Positions 24,330-37,739 of a stretch of DNA of 64,000 bases are shown here, piece by piece. The notes under the pieces were generated by a model. It was not told the DNA's origin. It searched no databases and worked only from the letters and a program-made list of their open reading frames with translations. Numbering within the stretch: the first letter of the stretch is position 1; every line of letters begins with the position of its first letter. This stretch comes from Heterodontus francisci. Taxonomy: Eukaryota. The position numbers were made by a program, and so were the translations under genes. The stretch spans positions 6,634,001 through 6,698,000 of the forward strand of contig NC_090404.1 in the NCBI RefSeq assembly GCF_036365525.1, in the 5' to 3' direction.

Positions 24330-25450
24330 GAATCTTCTGGCAAGTAATGTGGCCATTCAGCCCATCATGCCCGTGTTCGCTCTCAGAGAGCTCTCCAATT
24401 TAATCCTACAAGCCAGCTTTTTCGTCATAACCATGCAAATTAGTCTCCTTCGAGGACATGTCCTGTTGCCTTGTGCACTCCAATTGCGCTTGCAGAGAGC
24501 ACACGACGGGTCGAATGGCCTCCTTTTGTGCTGTAGCTATTCTCTGCTTCTTTGAAAACACCCTCTGTCTGGAAGGAAACCTTCTGCAGCCAGTACCCCG
24601 CACAGGCTCCACTTTCATTCCAATTATTTATTTTGTTACTGACTCACATGACAGAAGAAACAGTTTCTCCTTATCTGCTATTAAAAACATCCCATAATTT
24701 TGAATATGCCGATTCGATAACCACGTAAGGAGACCAATTCGGCTTGTATAATCTCTCTACATAACTGAACCCAGTCATTTCTGACATCATCCTGGGAAAC
24801 CCCCTCTGCACTCTCCCCAACATCCTTCTTAAAGTATGGTGGTGAGAATTCTGCAAAATATTCCACCCCACTCAGTGATTTGTAAAGCTTTCATAAGACT
24901 AAATTGTTTTTGATATTCCATATTCCATTTTACAAGACCAAGTATTCCATTCGGTTTCTTAACCGCCTTCAAAACATTTTGAATATGTATCCGAGGTCCC
25001 TTAAAATTTTTACCCCCTTCAAATTCGTACCATTTAGATTACATTAACTTTCCATGTTGTTGCTCAAAAAGTGCAGCACTTTACACTTATCTGCAGTAAA
25101 CTGCATCTGCTCTGTCCCTTAACATTTCACCACTCTATCTATGTGCGCCTGAACTCTGTTACTATCCTGCTCACTATTTGTTTTGTATCATCCTTGAATT
25201 ACGAAATTCTACTCCCCTTGCCCAAGTCCACGTCATTGTATAGAACAAAAAATGCAATGATCCTCCGACCGACCCAAGTGGGATCACAATGCTGAATTAT
25301 TTCCAGTCAGAAAAGCATTGGTTCACCGTCACTCTCTGCTTCCTGTACCTGAGCAGGTTATCACCATCCCTTCAATCCATGCGCTTCAATTTTCCGAATG
25401 TTCTCTTAAGTGGTATGTTGTCTATTACCATTTGAAAGCCCATTTGTACA
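24330..25450 (-). mobile_element. Highly decayed CR1 fragments in the J-C intron
   Basis: 'EYFAEFSPPYFKKDV', 'LGRVQRGFPRMM...FSYVERL'; a CR1 tail 'agaatcatagaatc' at ~24321. Confidence 0.7.
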
Positions 25451-27082
25451 ACTTTTGCGCCACCAATATCGACAATCTCTTTTACATCATATTGGTGAGC
25501 GAACTTTCAATATCTGGCCAATAGGCCTCTGGTGTTTGAATTATCAACACAACCAGAAGTGAGAGTTGACCATGTCAGCAATTACACTTCAGTATTTTTC
25601 GTCCTTCCTTGCTTGGAACCGACTGATATTTGTATAATGTTTAGGTTATGTCAATATCAGATATTTATTGAAGAAACCTGTCCTGATGTTCACATTATGG
25701 TCGGTGCAAGCAATAACAACGGGTGACTGTTATGATACAGTCAGCAACACCAGTTATCACTGGTGTGATGTGGGAAGATTCTTTGGAAAATTAAATGGGC
25801 CATTTACAGAACATCGTTCCAAATGACCGATTTTAGAAATTGGATTTAATTCGGATTATTAACTGAGTTGGAGGGAGAAGGAAACTCGGGAGAGATCCAT
25901 TCAGCAGAATAAGACAGAACACAAATCACAATCCAAAAGTCCTGAGAAGGAAAGTGATAGTCTAGAATCGATGCCGAGTCATCAGAAGCTTTAATTCCAG
26001 AAACTAGGTTGTGTAAAAATTGCCCTTTGAAATCTCTGCACTAAATGATTCACTCAAAATTTAAAAGCGACTTCAACCATTTATTGAAAAAGTCCTTTAT
26101 TGTCATGGTAACAAAGAAGATTAAATGAAGTCTGGTAGAGGTGTTTTGAATAATGAATGGTTTTATATAGAAATTCAGAAACCAATTTCCCCAGATCAGT
26201 GAGTTGGTCTGTGGCGGGCACTGATTTAAAATCAGCATCAAAAGAATGAAGGAAGAGGATATGAATCTACTTTTCGACAAAGGGGTTTGTTCTCATCTGG
26301 GATGTCCTATCAGAAAGTGAGCTGCAAACAGAATCTGGTGACTGGATAAAATGGAACGTTTGAAAAGAAGATTAGGAATTGGAAGTTCAGCGGGATCGCT
26401 GGAGTGATCTTTCACAAGCTTGATGGACCGAATGGCCTCCTTCTCTGCATCATTTCTATTGTTTTACAATCCTGGGACATGAACAGCCTAAAGAAGCTCT
26501 ATTGCCACTGCAGGTTTTTATGGAAAATCATGGAATTACTTTGCCTGGCAGTCAAGTTTCATCTTTTAAGCTCATTTTATAAGCACACATTGCAATGGCA
26601 CTTTTTAAGAGTACCCGCTATTTTGTTGGGGCGGGGGAGGGTGCTTGGGGTGGGGAGGGGGTGGAAGGGTGGGGGAACCCTGCAGTCAATTTTCAGAGAA
26701 CAAATTTTCAAAAGCTACTATTAACAAATGCCGAGTGTTTTTTTTTGACAAAGTCCTGTATGTTTAGAAATAAATATTGGCTGAAATAGCGGGGAAACTC
26801 CCCTTCCAGTTTAATGCAATGAAAGGTACTTTATTGAGATGATTTCAAAAGGCTCTTACTTTTGTAATGTGACAGGTCTGAAAGAGAGTTGTGTTTCTGA
26901 CCAGGGGACCGACATGTGATGATCAGCAAATGACGGAATGATAGAAGCTCAAATGTAGATGAAGGTTTTAATTGGAAAATATTGGCATCAGTTTCTGGCT
27001 GGAGTCAAATTCCGAGTTGTTTGGTGACTTAATAATCTTGAATCACAGTGTCTAACTTGTTCAATCTACAACTCTTTCCCAA

Positions 27083-27379
27083 CGACACCGTCTCCCCCAA
27101 CCCTTTACGGCCTGTGCTCCTGTGAACAACCCAACACTGACGGCTCCGTGCCCTATGGCTGTTTGGCGATGGACTACATCCTCGAAATCACCAGTGTTTC
27201 CTGGAAGAAAGATAAAGAGCCGATCACCACTGGATTGAAGACTTACCCATCAGTGCTGAACAAGAAGTGAACTTACACCCTGAGCAGCCAGTTAACCATC
27301 ACCGAGTCAGAGGTGGGAAGCAACAAAATCTACTGCGAGATTCGACACGGAGAGTCAGTCTGGATCAAGGAAATTCCAG
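27083..27379 (+). pseudogene. IGHM: IgM Cmu1 exon (inactivated)
   Basis: [97 protein letters not shown]. Acceptor is AA instead of AG (27081-82); TGA at 27268-27270; donor at 27380. Confidence 0.95.
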
Positions 27380-27559
27380 GTTAGTGTTGTGGAAACTGTG
27401 GAAAACAGAAAAGCTATCGTGATCTTGTGTAGAACTTTGGCTATATCACATTTAAAGTCTGATCCCTGGAAACACTAGTTAGTATCTGCTTGATAGCAAA
27501 GAACAGTTTACATTAGTTATTGATGTCTTCGAGAAATGTCTAACATGTTTTTCTTCAAG

Positions 27560-27877
27560 ATAGTAAAGGTGACATCATCCATCCAACTGTTATCCTCACC
27601 CAGAGTTCCAGTGAAGAAATCACAAGCAGCAGATTTGCAACTGTCGTGTGTTCAGTCATCGATTTCCATCCAGAGTCAATAACCGTGAGTTGGTTGAAGG
27701 ATGGACAACCCATGGATTCGGGCTTCGTCACCTCTCCCACCTGTGAAGTGAACGGGAACTTCTCGGCGACCAGTCGGCTGACAGTCCCCGCTGGGGAATG
27801 GTTCACCAACACGGTCTATACCTGCCAGGTCTCTCATCAAGAGGTCACCCAAAGCCGAAACATCAGCGGATCTCCGG
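27560..27877 (+). pseudogene. IGHM: IgM Cmu2 exon (frame and splice sites intact, part of the pseudogene cluster)
   Basis: [108 protein letters not shown] at 27558-59; GTAAG at 27878. Confidence 0.95.
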
Positions 27878-28209
27878 GTAAGAAACACAATCCCAGGAAG
27901 TTCCAGATCATTCTGTGCTCCAATGATAATCAAATTCAACAATTTATTGGAGTTAGTACAAAGCACTGCATTGTTTTCCAATTCGCCATCGTGCAGTTGT
28001 ATGCCTCATTCCACAGTGAGTGCTGAATTAGGATTGCTCACGGTTCAACATGTTATCACATCACCAAAGAATGTTTCCCTCTTCTGTGATGTCATATAGT
28101 CAGTCAGGTGGCCTTGATATCAGGTTTATCCTGAGCTGGACGAACATATTCGAAGCGTCAATAGGTGTCTGGAACTCTTTGATGGTCACCACCTCGGGAT
28201 CAAGTTCCA

Positions 28210-28770
28210 GAAAAAGCATCTTCCCTATTTAGAAAACTGTGTTCAATTCTGGACTCATGAGCTCAGGAAGAATATATTGTCATTGGGAGTGATGCAACAC
28301 AAATTGACTGGAGTGATGGTGGGGCTGAATGGGTTAAATAAGAGGACAGGTTTCATTGATCCAACTGGTATTCCTTTGAGTATAGAAGATTAAAGGGTGT
28401 TCTATCTGAGGTGTTTAAGATGTTTACTGGAATTGATGGAGTCGATGGAGAAAAATATTTCCTCTGGTGGGCGACTCCGGAACAAGGGTGCATCACCTTC
28501 AAATTAGACCAAGGTCATTCAGGGATGATATCAGGAAAGCTATTCACACGGTGGGTAGCGGAAATCTGGAATTCTCTCCCTCAACTCGCTCTTGAAGTTT
28601 GGCATCAATTCAAAATTTTCTTGTTGAGATTGTTAGTTTGAAGTTAGGCAATGGTATTAAGAGTTACATATGGGTAGACGGTATTAAGATATAGATCAGC
28701 CATTGTCTAATTGGATGGCGGAACAGGCTCGAGGGGCTAAATGGCCTATTCTTTTTCTGATGTTTCTATT
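28210..28770 (+). mobile_element. Old CR1 3' fragment
   Basis: 'ttagaaaactgtgttcaattctgg', 'gagtatagaagattaaagggtg', 3' end 'caggctcgaggggctaaatggcct'. Confidence 0.75.
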
Positions 28771-29068
28771 ACTGCCCTCTGGTCAGATGGTCTTCTCACT
28801 CCAGAATGACACGTGAGGAGTTCTCACTCATGACATATATTAGAAAACTGCCTTACACCGTTATTGCAAATTATTCTCCTCCTCAAAAAGATTCCATAGA
28901 ACTGCATTTTCCTGACTTTTTGCCCCGCCTTCGATTGGTTGCTGCATATTTCCATCTCCCCAAATATCGTGACAAGGCGCTGGAAAATTAAGGTTGTTTC
29001 CTTTTGGGCCTAAAATCCGGAATTCCATTTGACACTCGTTTGAGCCAGTGTGAATTCTATGTATAGCT

Positions 29069-29808
29069 CATAGAACATAGAACATTACAGCACAGTACAG
29101 GCCCTTCGGCCCTCGATGTTGCGCCGACCTGTGAAACTATCTGACCTACACTATTCCATTTTCATCCATATGTCTATCCAATGACCACTTAAATGCCCTT
29201 AAAGTTGGCGAGTCTACTACTGTTGCAGGCAGGGCGTTCCACACCCCTACTACTCTCTGAGTAAAGAAACTACCTCTGACATCTGTCCTATATCTATCAC
29301 CCCTCAACTTAAAGCTATGTCCCCTCGTGTTTGCCATCACCATCCGAGGAAAAAGACTCTCACTATCCACCCTATCTAACCCTCTGATTATCTTATATGT
29401 CTCTATTAAGTCACCTCTCCACCTCCTTCTCTCTAACGAAAACAACCTCAAGTCCCTCAGCCTTTCCTCGTAAGACCTACCCTCCATACCAGGCAACATC
29501 CTAGTAAATCTCCTCTGCACCCTTTCCAAAGCTTCCACATCCTTCCTATAATGCGGTGACCAGAACTGCACGCAATACTCCAGGTGCGGCCACACCAGAG
29601 TTTTGTGCAGCTGCAGCATGACCTCGTGGCTCCGAAACTCGATCCCCCTACTAATAAAAGCTAACACACCATATGCCTTTTTAACAGCCCTATTAACCTG
29701 GGTGGCAACTTTCAGGGATTTATGTACCTGGATACCAAGATCTCTCTGCTCATCTACACTACCAAGAATCTTCCCATTAGCCCAGTACTCTGCATTCCTG
29801 TTACTCGT
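29069..29808 (-). mobile_element. Young 5'-truncated CR1 in the Cmu2-Cmu3 intron
   Basis: Open RT C-terminus (ORF 29146-29859) and (CATAGAA)n tail. Confidence 0.92.
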
Positions 29809-30249
29809 GTCCTTGGGAGACAGGCCCGTCATATTCAGCGGAGATGTGATCTGGTGCAAGGATCGAAAGACGAGCAGAAATACGAAGATGCGAACTTACG
29901 AATTAGCAGTAGTTGGCCACTCGGCCCCTCGAGCATGTTCCAGGAGAATTTTGGGAAGAATTTTATTCAGTGCGTAACACAATGTCTCACGCAATTATTC
30001 AATTTTTACGCCGGGTACTTGTTTCAAAGCCAATTAGAGGCTTCTGAGGGTGCAGGTACACATTATTTGTTTTCGGATCGCCCGGAAGCTTTTTCCAGTT
30101 GTTGTCCTTTCAATAAACGATGTTATTTTAGCAACAGTTTGAGGTTGATATCTCGCAGTTGAGTTATTTTCCTCGAGACAGTGAAGTCTGAATGTTGGTG
30201 TCTGATTCTGAAGATGAATCTTTGTTTGAATTTTATTTCTGTTTTACAG

Positions 30250-30542
30250 TTACTTATTCCTGCAATGATCCAGTAATTAAAGTACTGCCACCATCAATAG
30301 AACAGGTCTTACTGGAGGCGACGGTGACCTTAACCTGCGTCGTGTCTAATGCTCGTTATGGAGTCAAGAACAGAAGCCTTTGAAATCAGAGATTGCCGTC
30401 CCACCCAGAGAGGAACCTGGCAGCGTGATCAGCACCGTAAACATCTCGACACAAGCCTGGCTGAGTGGGGCTAAGTTCTACTGTGTCGTGAGCCATCAGG
30501 ATCTGCCGACTCCTCTCAGCGATTCTATCCACAAGGAAGGAG
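30250..30542 (+). pseudogene. IGHM: IgM Cmu3 exon (frameshift deletion)
   Basis: [39 protein letters not shown], then a deletion at ~30367 that removes the conserved C-strand Trp, then [58 protein letters not shown] in another frame. AG and GT are intact. Confidence 0.93.
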
Positions 30543-31022
30543 GTGAGCGGTGAGACTGAAGCAATAAGTGAGAGGTTGCCCCTATTTCTTGTGATTGCGA
30601 AAGGGAAAATTCTTCTTAACAAGTGCTGTAATGAACAACTCCGATAATTTAATTGTAATTCCACTAACGGAATCCTCTGGAACCAGAGGTGATGTATATC
30701 AGGGGATGTTAAAGAGCATATGAGGGAGAAATGATAGAAGGAGGAGAAGGGAAGAGTTTTGTGTGCAGCATAAGGAATTGTACAGACTAGTTGGGCAGAA
30801 TGGCCTGTTCCTGTGCTGTAAATTCAATGTAATTTCCCAGTCTAATCCCTTAAGTTCTCAGCGAGAAGGATTGCTCCGGAGTGAAAAACAGGACAGGCCC
30901 CAGAAGGGAAAAGGAAAACCTTTAAAATCTCACACAAAGCACATTCCTCTCACATCGAACCACCGATTTTATTCCCTCTGCAATTCTCCAGTTCATTGAC
31001 ATTTATTTTATTTTTTCTGCAG

Positions 31023-31414
31023 ATAATGATCTGCGGGAACCGTCCGTGTCTGTCCTCCTGACCAGAGCAGAAGAAGTCTCGGCTCAGAGGTTCCTCTCCC
31101 TCACCTGCTTAGTGACAGGTTTCTCCCTCTGAGAGATCTTCGTCAAGTGGACCGTCAATGACAAGTTGGTGAATCCCGGCAACTACAAGAACACCGAGTT
31201 GATGGCGGAGAACGACAATAGATCCTTCATAATTTACAGCCTGTTTTCCATTGAAGTGGAGGATTGGGCTAGCGACGCTTCTTACTCCTGTGTGGTGGGA
31301 CATGAAGCGATCCCCTTGAAGATCATCAACAGAACAGTTAATAAATCCAGCAGTAAACCGAGTTTTGTGAACATTTCCCTTGCACTGTTGGACACTGTCA
31401 ATTCATGTCAATGA
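31023..31414 (+). pseudogene. IGHM: IgM Cmu4 exon plus secretory tailpiece (nonsense mutation)
   Basis: [47 protein letters not shown]...[46 protein letters not shown] at 31130-31132; penultimate Cys tailpiece; internal donor A|GTAAAC at 31353. Confidence 0.95.
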
Positions 31415-31451
31415 GAATCTCTCGATTACATTTCAATCTTAAATAATAACT

Positions 31452-31457
31452 AATAAA
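31452..31457 (+). terminator. Secretory-form polyadenylation signal AATAAA
   Basis: Located about 37 nt after the tailpiece stop codon. Confidence 0.7.
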
Positions 31458-32469
31458 GACCTGTTCTTCCAATCGCGATTTAAATACACAACTGCTCAAT
31501 TATTTTTCCTATGTGTAGGTCTATTCATCTAAAGTAGGATATTTGCAGATCTCGGGCTCAAGTCTTTTAGAACCAGTGCTCCCAGCACAGATACACCACA
31601 GTTTAGCTACAGAGCAAAGCTAATTCGGTAGACGATTTCGTTGAGTAACTTCAGCACCGTTTCCCCTGTTGGGCGAGGTCTGAAATTTTCCCTTCTCTAA
31701 CTAACAAATGCAGGCATTTGGATCTCAGTATCTCTGTTTCTCGTGTTGTCAATCCCTTGAGAATTGGGGTCAGTATTAAGTTGCAGCATAAGAACCACTG
31801 GGAACTGAAGGGAGAGCCACACATCTATACCAAGTATACCAAAATCACCCATCAGAAAGAGGAAAAAGGGCTATTTATTAACTCACTGTGTCCCTATTTT
31901 CTAAACATAGACAGGAAAAGAACAATTGTTTCTCCACTGCAGCTCCACTTCTCCAATAGAGAAAAGGGAAAGGCAGTTGTAGCCCCTCCCCACAATTTCG
32001 ACATCAGAGAAAGGAGCAAGGCCATTTGTTAACCCACGATACTCCCAATCCCCGGATAGAGAGATGAGAAGACAACTGCTCTCTATTAAATGGACTCAGT
32101 TGCCATCAGTACAAAGTCGGCTTCTGGCTCATTGTGCGAATGTTTAAACGTTCCACATGGGAATCATATTGTAAAATATACATGTATGCTATAGAATATC
32201 TTTAAACTCTTCCCTGTTAATCTTATGCGACCAGATTCTAATAGTCCAAATCTGATTGTTGATAGAATCCTCCTCTGTTTTTTCACGCTTGTATTCCTGA
32301 TGTTCTGAGGCCCATCAGTTGTATTTCTGCTCGCATTCAGCTGATGTCATATTGCATCTTGCACAGAATACATTTATACACAGAACAGTGAAGAATATTC
32401 TTTACAATACCCACTGTCACGGCGATGCCAGGTTATTGGTTCTCCTTGGATTTTTGAAAAATAATAAAA

Positions 32470-33410
32470 ATGCACAGGCACACGGACAGAAACACACACA
32501 TAAACACACTCGCATGCACAAAAACACACATATACCGACACACACGAACAGACCCAAACGCTGATATAAATGTTCCCACAGTTATACACGCAAACATAAA
32601 CATAAGCACACACGTTACTACAGTCTCACGTACACAGAAATATAGACATAAAAGCACACACTAGGATACACATTAATAGATATACATGGACGCATATGCT
32701 CGCAGATTAACAGACTCACACACGCACACATAGACACTTAGATATATAGACACATTAACGCACTCACACATACACACATAATCACAACATCAATATACTG
32801 ACACACACATGGATACACAAACACACACATAAACGCATACAATAGCACAAATGTGCACATACTCACACATTAACACACACATTAGTACATAAATGTCGAT
32901 ATCAACACATAAATCGATACATTATTGCAATTATAGGGGAACAAACACACATAAACAAACACATTAACTACTCATACACTTATATTGACACATAAACACA
33001 CGTTAACTTACAGGGACACATAAACGCATCTATCAACACAGAAACACGGATTAACAAACTCATCGGGACACAAACACACACATAAACAAATATTAACATG
33101 CTCAGACACATATGGACAGATCGACACAACACACACAGACTGTCATTTGAATACACACTTCAATGCACATTGGCACATTAACAGACATTAACATACATGG
33201 ACACATAGAGAGAGCATCAACATATAAACAAGCTCATTAATACACTCACACTTGTGTACACCAACAAACAAATAAACACTTTCATTAACACTCGCACAAA
33301 CACACACATGGATACGCAAACACAAAGTAATGCAAAGCAAGAGTTACTCATACACCCACACACAAACACTAAAGTGCACAAATAAAAAGGCCAGACTATA
33401 GACAAAAGCA
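32470..33410. repeat. Degenerate CA-rich low-complexity tract
   Basis: About 0.9 kb of imperfect (CA)n/ACAT repeats. Confidence 0.85.
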
Positions 33411-33981
33411 TAATTCAAATGCACTATTTCAACAGGCACCGTCTCCAACAATTTCCCTCATACATGTTGGACCTGCAATCACAATGAAGCAATGTTCTCA
33501 TTTAGAAACTGCGATAAATTGATGATTTACCAACTACTTTAATCAGAAAGAAACAAACAAGATTGGAATTCACATCCGATCACTTTCTCGACACCACTGA
33601 CAATCTCCAAGTAAGTAACTGTCTGATCACTATCTTCAGAATAATTGTTATCGATCAGTAAACCTCCCTCGTTATCTTCTCGCATTCCCTAATGATGGAA
33701 CGAAATTGATGCAAAATAAAATAGCGCCTGACACTAAAGAAAAAAAACCCTGACATATTTTCCAACACGGCCTGGGCAAGGATGATAAAGGCAGAACCGC
33801 TGTGGATTAAATAACAGAGATAGATTGCTGAACATGAATAACTTAACAAGAAATAAGCATTGACAATTCAATTAAAGAACAAAATAATAGCTGAAGGAAC
33901 AGAACTGCGAATGCAAAGTAACAATCTTAGATCCTGTAGTAATAATTGATTTAAATATATTTCTCCTCTACATCCGCGTAG

Positions 33982-34109
33982 ATTCCTCAGACCACATCTG
34001 GATTGAATACAATGAGGAAGAGAGCGGAAACATCTGGACAACTGCTTTCACATTCATCGCCCTGTTCTTGCTGAGCATTTTCTACAGTGCTGCCGTCACT
34101 CTGGTGTAG
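33982..34109 (+). pseudogene. IGHM: IgM TM1 exon
   Basis: DSSDHIWIEYNEEESGNIWTTAFTFIALFLLSIFYSAAVTLV* with CART-type transmembrane motif. The last codon is TAG (34107-34109) where Lys is expected; donor GTGAG at 34110. Confidence 0.93.
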
Positions 34110-34253
34110 GTGAGAATATTCAATCCACTCACACTTCAATTTGACTGAAGCTGTCTGACAAATCTCTAAAAGTTTCATAGATTTAAAAAATACTCTGAGA
34201 TAAATGTCTGGACCACGAAACCTCTGTTTCACTCTTTTATCCCTCGTTTACAG

Positions 34254-34886
34254 CTCTACGGCAGCGAGGCCTGGACAACGTATGCCAGCCAAGAGCGACG
34301 TCTCAATTCATTCCATCTTCGCTGCCTTCGGAGAATACTTGGCATCAGATGGCAGGACTATATCTCCAACACAGAAGTCCTTGAAGCGGCCAACACCCCC
34401 AGCTTATACACACTACTGAGTCAGCGGCGCTTGAGATGGCTTGGCCATGTGAGCCGCATGAAAGATGGCAGGATCCCCAAAGACACATTGTACAGCGAGC
34501 TCGCCACTGGTATCAGACCCACCGGCCGTCCATGTCTCCGCTATAAAGACGTCTGCAAACGCGACATGAAATCGTGTGACATTGATCACAAGTCGTGGGA
34601 GTCAGTTGCCAGCATTCACCAGAGCTGGCGGGCAGCCATAAAGACAGGGCTAAATTGTGGCGAGTTGAAGAGACTAAGTAGTTGGCAGGAAAAAAGACAG
34701 AGGCGCAAGGGGAGAGCCAACTGTGCAACAGCCCCGACAAACAAATTTCTCTGCAGCACCTGTGGAAGAGCCTGTCACTCCAGAATTGGCCTTTATAGCC
34801 ACTCCAGGCGCTGCTTCACAAACCACTGACCACCTCCAGGCGCGTATTCATTGTCTTTCGAGATAAGGAGGCCCAAAAGAAAAGAA
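34254..34886 (+). mobile_element. 5'-truncated young RTE (copy 4) inserted at the TM2 splice acceptor
   Basis: Near-identical to the other RTE copies; short TSD ACAG at 34250-34253 and 34887-34890. Confidence 0.92.
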
Positions 34887-34890
34887 ACAG

Positions 34891-34899
34891 GTCAAGTGA
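34891..34899 (+). pseudogene. IGHM: IgM TM2 exon coding part (GTC AAG TGA = VK*)
   Basis: Completes the canonical KVK cytoplasmic tail and follows an AG. Confidence 0.8.
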
Positions 34900-35192
34900 T
34901 AGATTGAATTTCGGCCGCCCTGGATTTTCCTCATTTTCTAACATCTCTGTATTACCAAACAAACTGTAAAAGTAAAATTCCTTCAGTTGATGGTTCCGAA
35001 TCTGTAGCTGCGAAAATCAGAAACATTATTTCCGTTTTACTCTTTGAAATGTTTGAGATAATCGTGGCTATAATGCAAATGTATCTTCGATTGTTTGAAC
35101 TTCATGTGTAAATAATTAAATATTCCTTATTCACAATTGTTTTCTTCCCTTTATGTTGAGCCCTTTTTTTTGTCTCTCTGGTCTTGTTACAG

Positions 35193-36525
35193 ACGTCAGC
35201 AGACGTGGTCTCTTCAGACTACTAGAAAAGATCGGATGTCCACCAAAGCTACTAAGTATCATCACCTCATTCCATGACAATATGAAAGGCACAATTCAAC
35301 ATGGTGGCTCCTCATCAGAGCCCTTTCCTATCCTGAGTGGTGTGAAACAGGGCTGTGTTCTCGCACCCACACTTTTTGGGATTTTCTTCTCCCTGCTGCT
35401 TTCACATGCGTTCAAATCCTCTGAAGAAGGAATTTTCCTCCACACAAGATCAGGGGGCAGGTTGTTCAACCTTGCCCGTCTAAGAGCGAAGTCCAAAGTA
35501 CGGAAAGTCCTCATCAGAGAACTCCTCTTTGCTGACGATGCTGCTTTAACATCTCACACTGAAGAATGCCTGCAGAGTCTCATCGACAGGTTTGCGTCTG
35601 CCTGCAATGAATTTGGCCTAACCATCAGCCTCAAGAAAACGAACATCATGGGGCAGGATGTCAGAAATGCTCCATCCATCAATATTGGCGACCACGCTCT
35701 GGAAGTGGTTCAAGAGTTCACCTACCTAGGCTCAACTATCACCAGTAACCTGTCTCTAGATGCAGAAATCAACAAGCGCATGGGTAAGGCTTCCACTGCT
35801 ATGTTCAGACTGGCCAAGAGAGTGTGGGAAAATGGCGCACTGACACGGAACACAAAAGTCCGAGTGTATCAGGCCTGTGTCCTCAGTACCTTGCTCTACG
35901 GCAGCGAGGCCTGGACAACGTATGCCAGCCAAGAGCGACGTCTCAATTCATTCCATCTTCGCTGCCTTCGGAGAATACTTGGCATCAGGTGGCAGGACTA
36001 TATCTCCAACACAGAAGTCCTTGAAGCGGCCAACATCCCCAGCTTATACACACTACTGAGTCAGCGGCGCTTGAGATGGCTTGGCCATGTGAGCCGCATG
36101 GAAGATGGCAGGATCCCCAAAGACACATTGTACAGCGAGCTCGCCACTGGTATCAGACCCACCGGCCGTCCATGTCTCCGTTATAAAGACGTCTGCAAAC
36201 GCGACATGAAATCGTGTGACATTGATCACAAGTCGTGGGAGTCAGTTGCCAGCATTCGCCAGAGCTGGCGGGCAGCCATAAAGACAGGGCTAAATTGTGG
36301 CGAGTCGAAGAGACTTAGTAGTTGGCAGGAAAAAAGACAGAGGCGCAAGGGGAGAGCCAACTGTGCAACAGCCCCAACAAACAAATTTCTCTGCAGCACC
36401 TGTGGAAGAGCCTGTCACTCCAGAATTGGCCTTTATAGCCACTCCAGGCGCTGCTTCACAAACCACTGACCACCTCCAGGCGCGTATCCATTGTCTCTCG
36501 AGATAAGGAGGCCCAAAAGAGAAGA
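35193..36525 (+). mobile_element. 5'-truncated young RTE (copy 5)
   Basis: Open RT C-terminus (ORF 35153-36469). Perfect 13-bp TSD ggtcttgttacag at 35180-35192 and 36526-36538. Confidence 0.96.
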
Positions 36526-37739
36526 GGTCTTGTTACAGTTTTACAGACAACTGGCAGCTCAGACCACATGTGTTCTGTTCTCAGTTTATGACACAGTTGT
36601 TATATTCAGTTTCGACCTTTTTTTAAAAAAAAAAAGACTTCTCTGTAAAATGTTCCTTTTGAAATTGTTAATAAATCTTGAATAACAAATGGACTAACTT
36701 GGACTTGCTGAATTCCTTGTTCCCATGCCCACACTGTTCCATGCTCCCTATTCCACGTTTCCACATTTCCTTGCCAGCTATTTTTCACCAGTTCTGTCTT
36801 GGTTGTGTTTGAACCCAATGCCCTTCAGTGAAGGAGCCGCTGCGCCATCCATAGCCCCATCAGAGTAGACGTCTTTCCCTCTGCCTCATTATGCTAATCC
36901 CCAGAGACAGAGACCAGGGGCATCTCGCTGACTTCTGCAATCTTATGGTCTATCACAGTGACATACCAGGTTACATTAAGGAGCAGCGATCTGCTCCCAC
37001 ACAGTCTGATACAGTATAGTATGGAAGAATACCGTCCCATCAAGCATACCCAGGGAAGGTACAGCACGGGATTGGCTGCTCTCTGATTGGGAAGCCTGAG
37101 TGCTGATTGCAGCAACGAGGTGCAGCTGCCAGTGTTGCAGTCAGTTGCTGGAGGTGCTGCTGGAGATGGAAAGCTGAGGAGGGAATTGCAAGACATTTTG
37201 GACAACACTTTCTGCAGAGGCGGAAGAGACTTTTGGAATAAAGCTGTGTTTGGAGGTGAGTGGTCGAGCACCAATCTTTTGCTTGATTTGGACTGTTGTG
37301 GGAGGTGGAAGAGGCCGGAACAACAAGGGGTGGGGGCTGTACAATTCCAGAGGGAGCTGTGCAGTTGCATTGACGACACAAGAAAGCTCCCTCCCCACTC
37401 TAATTGCCCAGCATGGGTCAGCTGATGCTGCCTGGCTATAGTGACAGAAGAATCTAGCTGGTGCCTGGGCAGCTTTTGGCTGACCCAGGAGAAGACCTCT
37501 CCCACAACCAGAAGACCAGAAGACCAGAAGTGTTTAGAATGCTCTGAGTACCACTCTTTAAGGAAAAAAAAGCAAAGCAAAGTCATCGCTCACAGCTGAA
37601 TTTCCTCTTTTCCAGTATACCCTCAGCTTCTCCCCAAGCCCACTAGCTGTTTTGACATAATTTTTTGGAAACATTTGTTTGTTTGTTTGTTTTTTGTTTG
37701 TTTGTCTACAATTTGGGGTGGGTTTGGCTCTTGAACACA

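Noticed and set aside
36894-37586. 230-aa minus-strand ORF
   Set aside because: No recognisable domain; probably antisense to decayed retroelement sequence.
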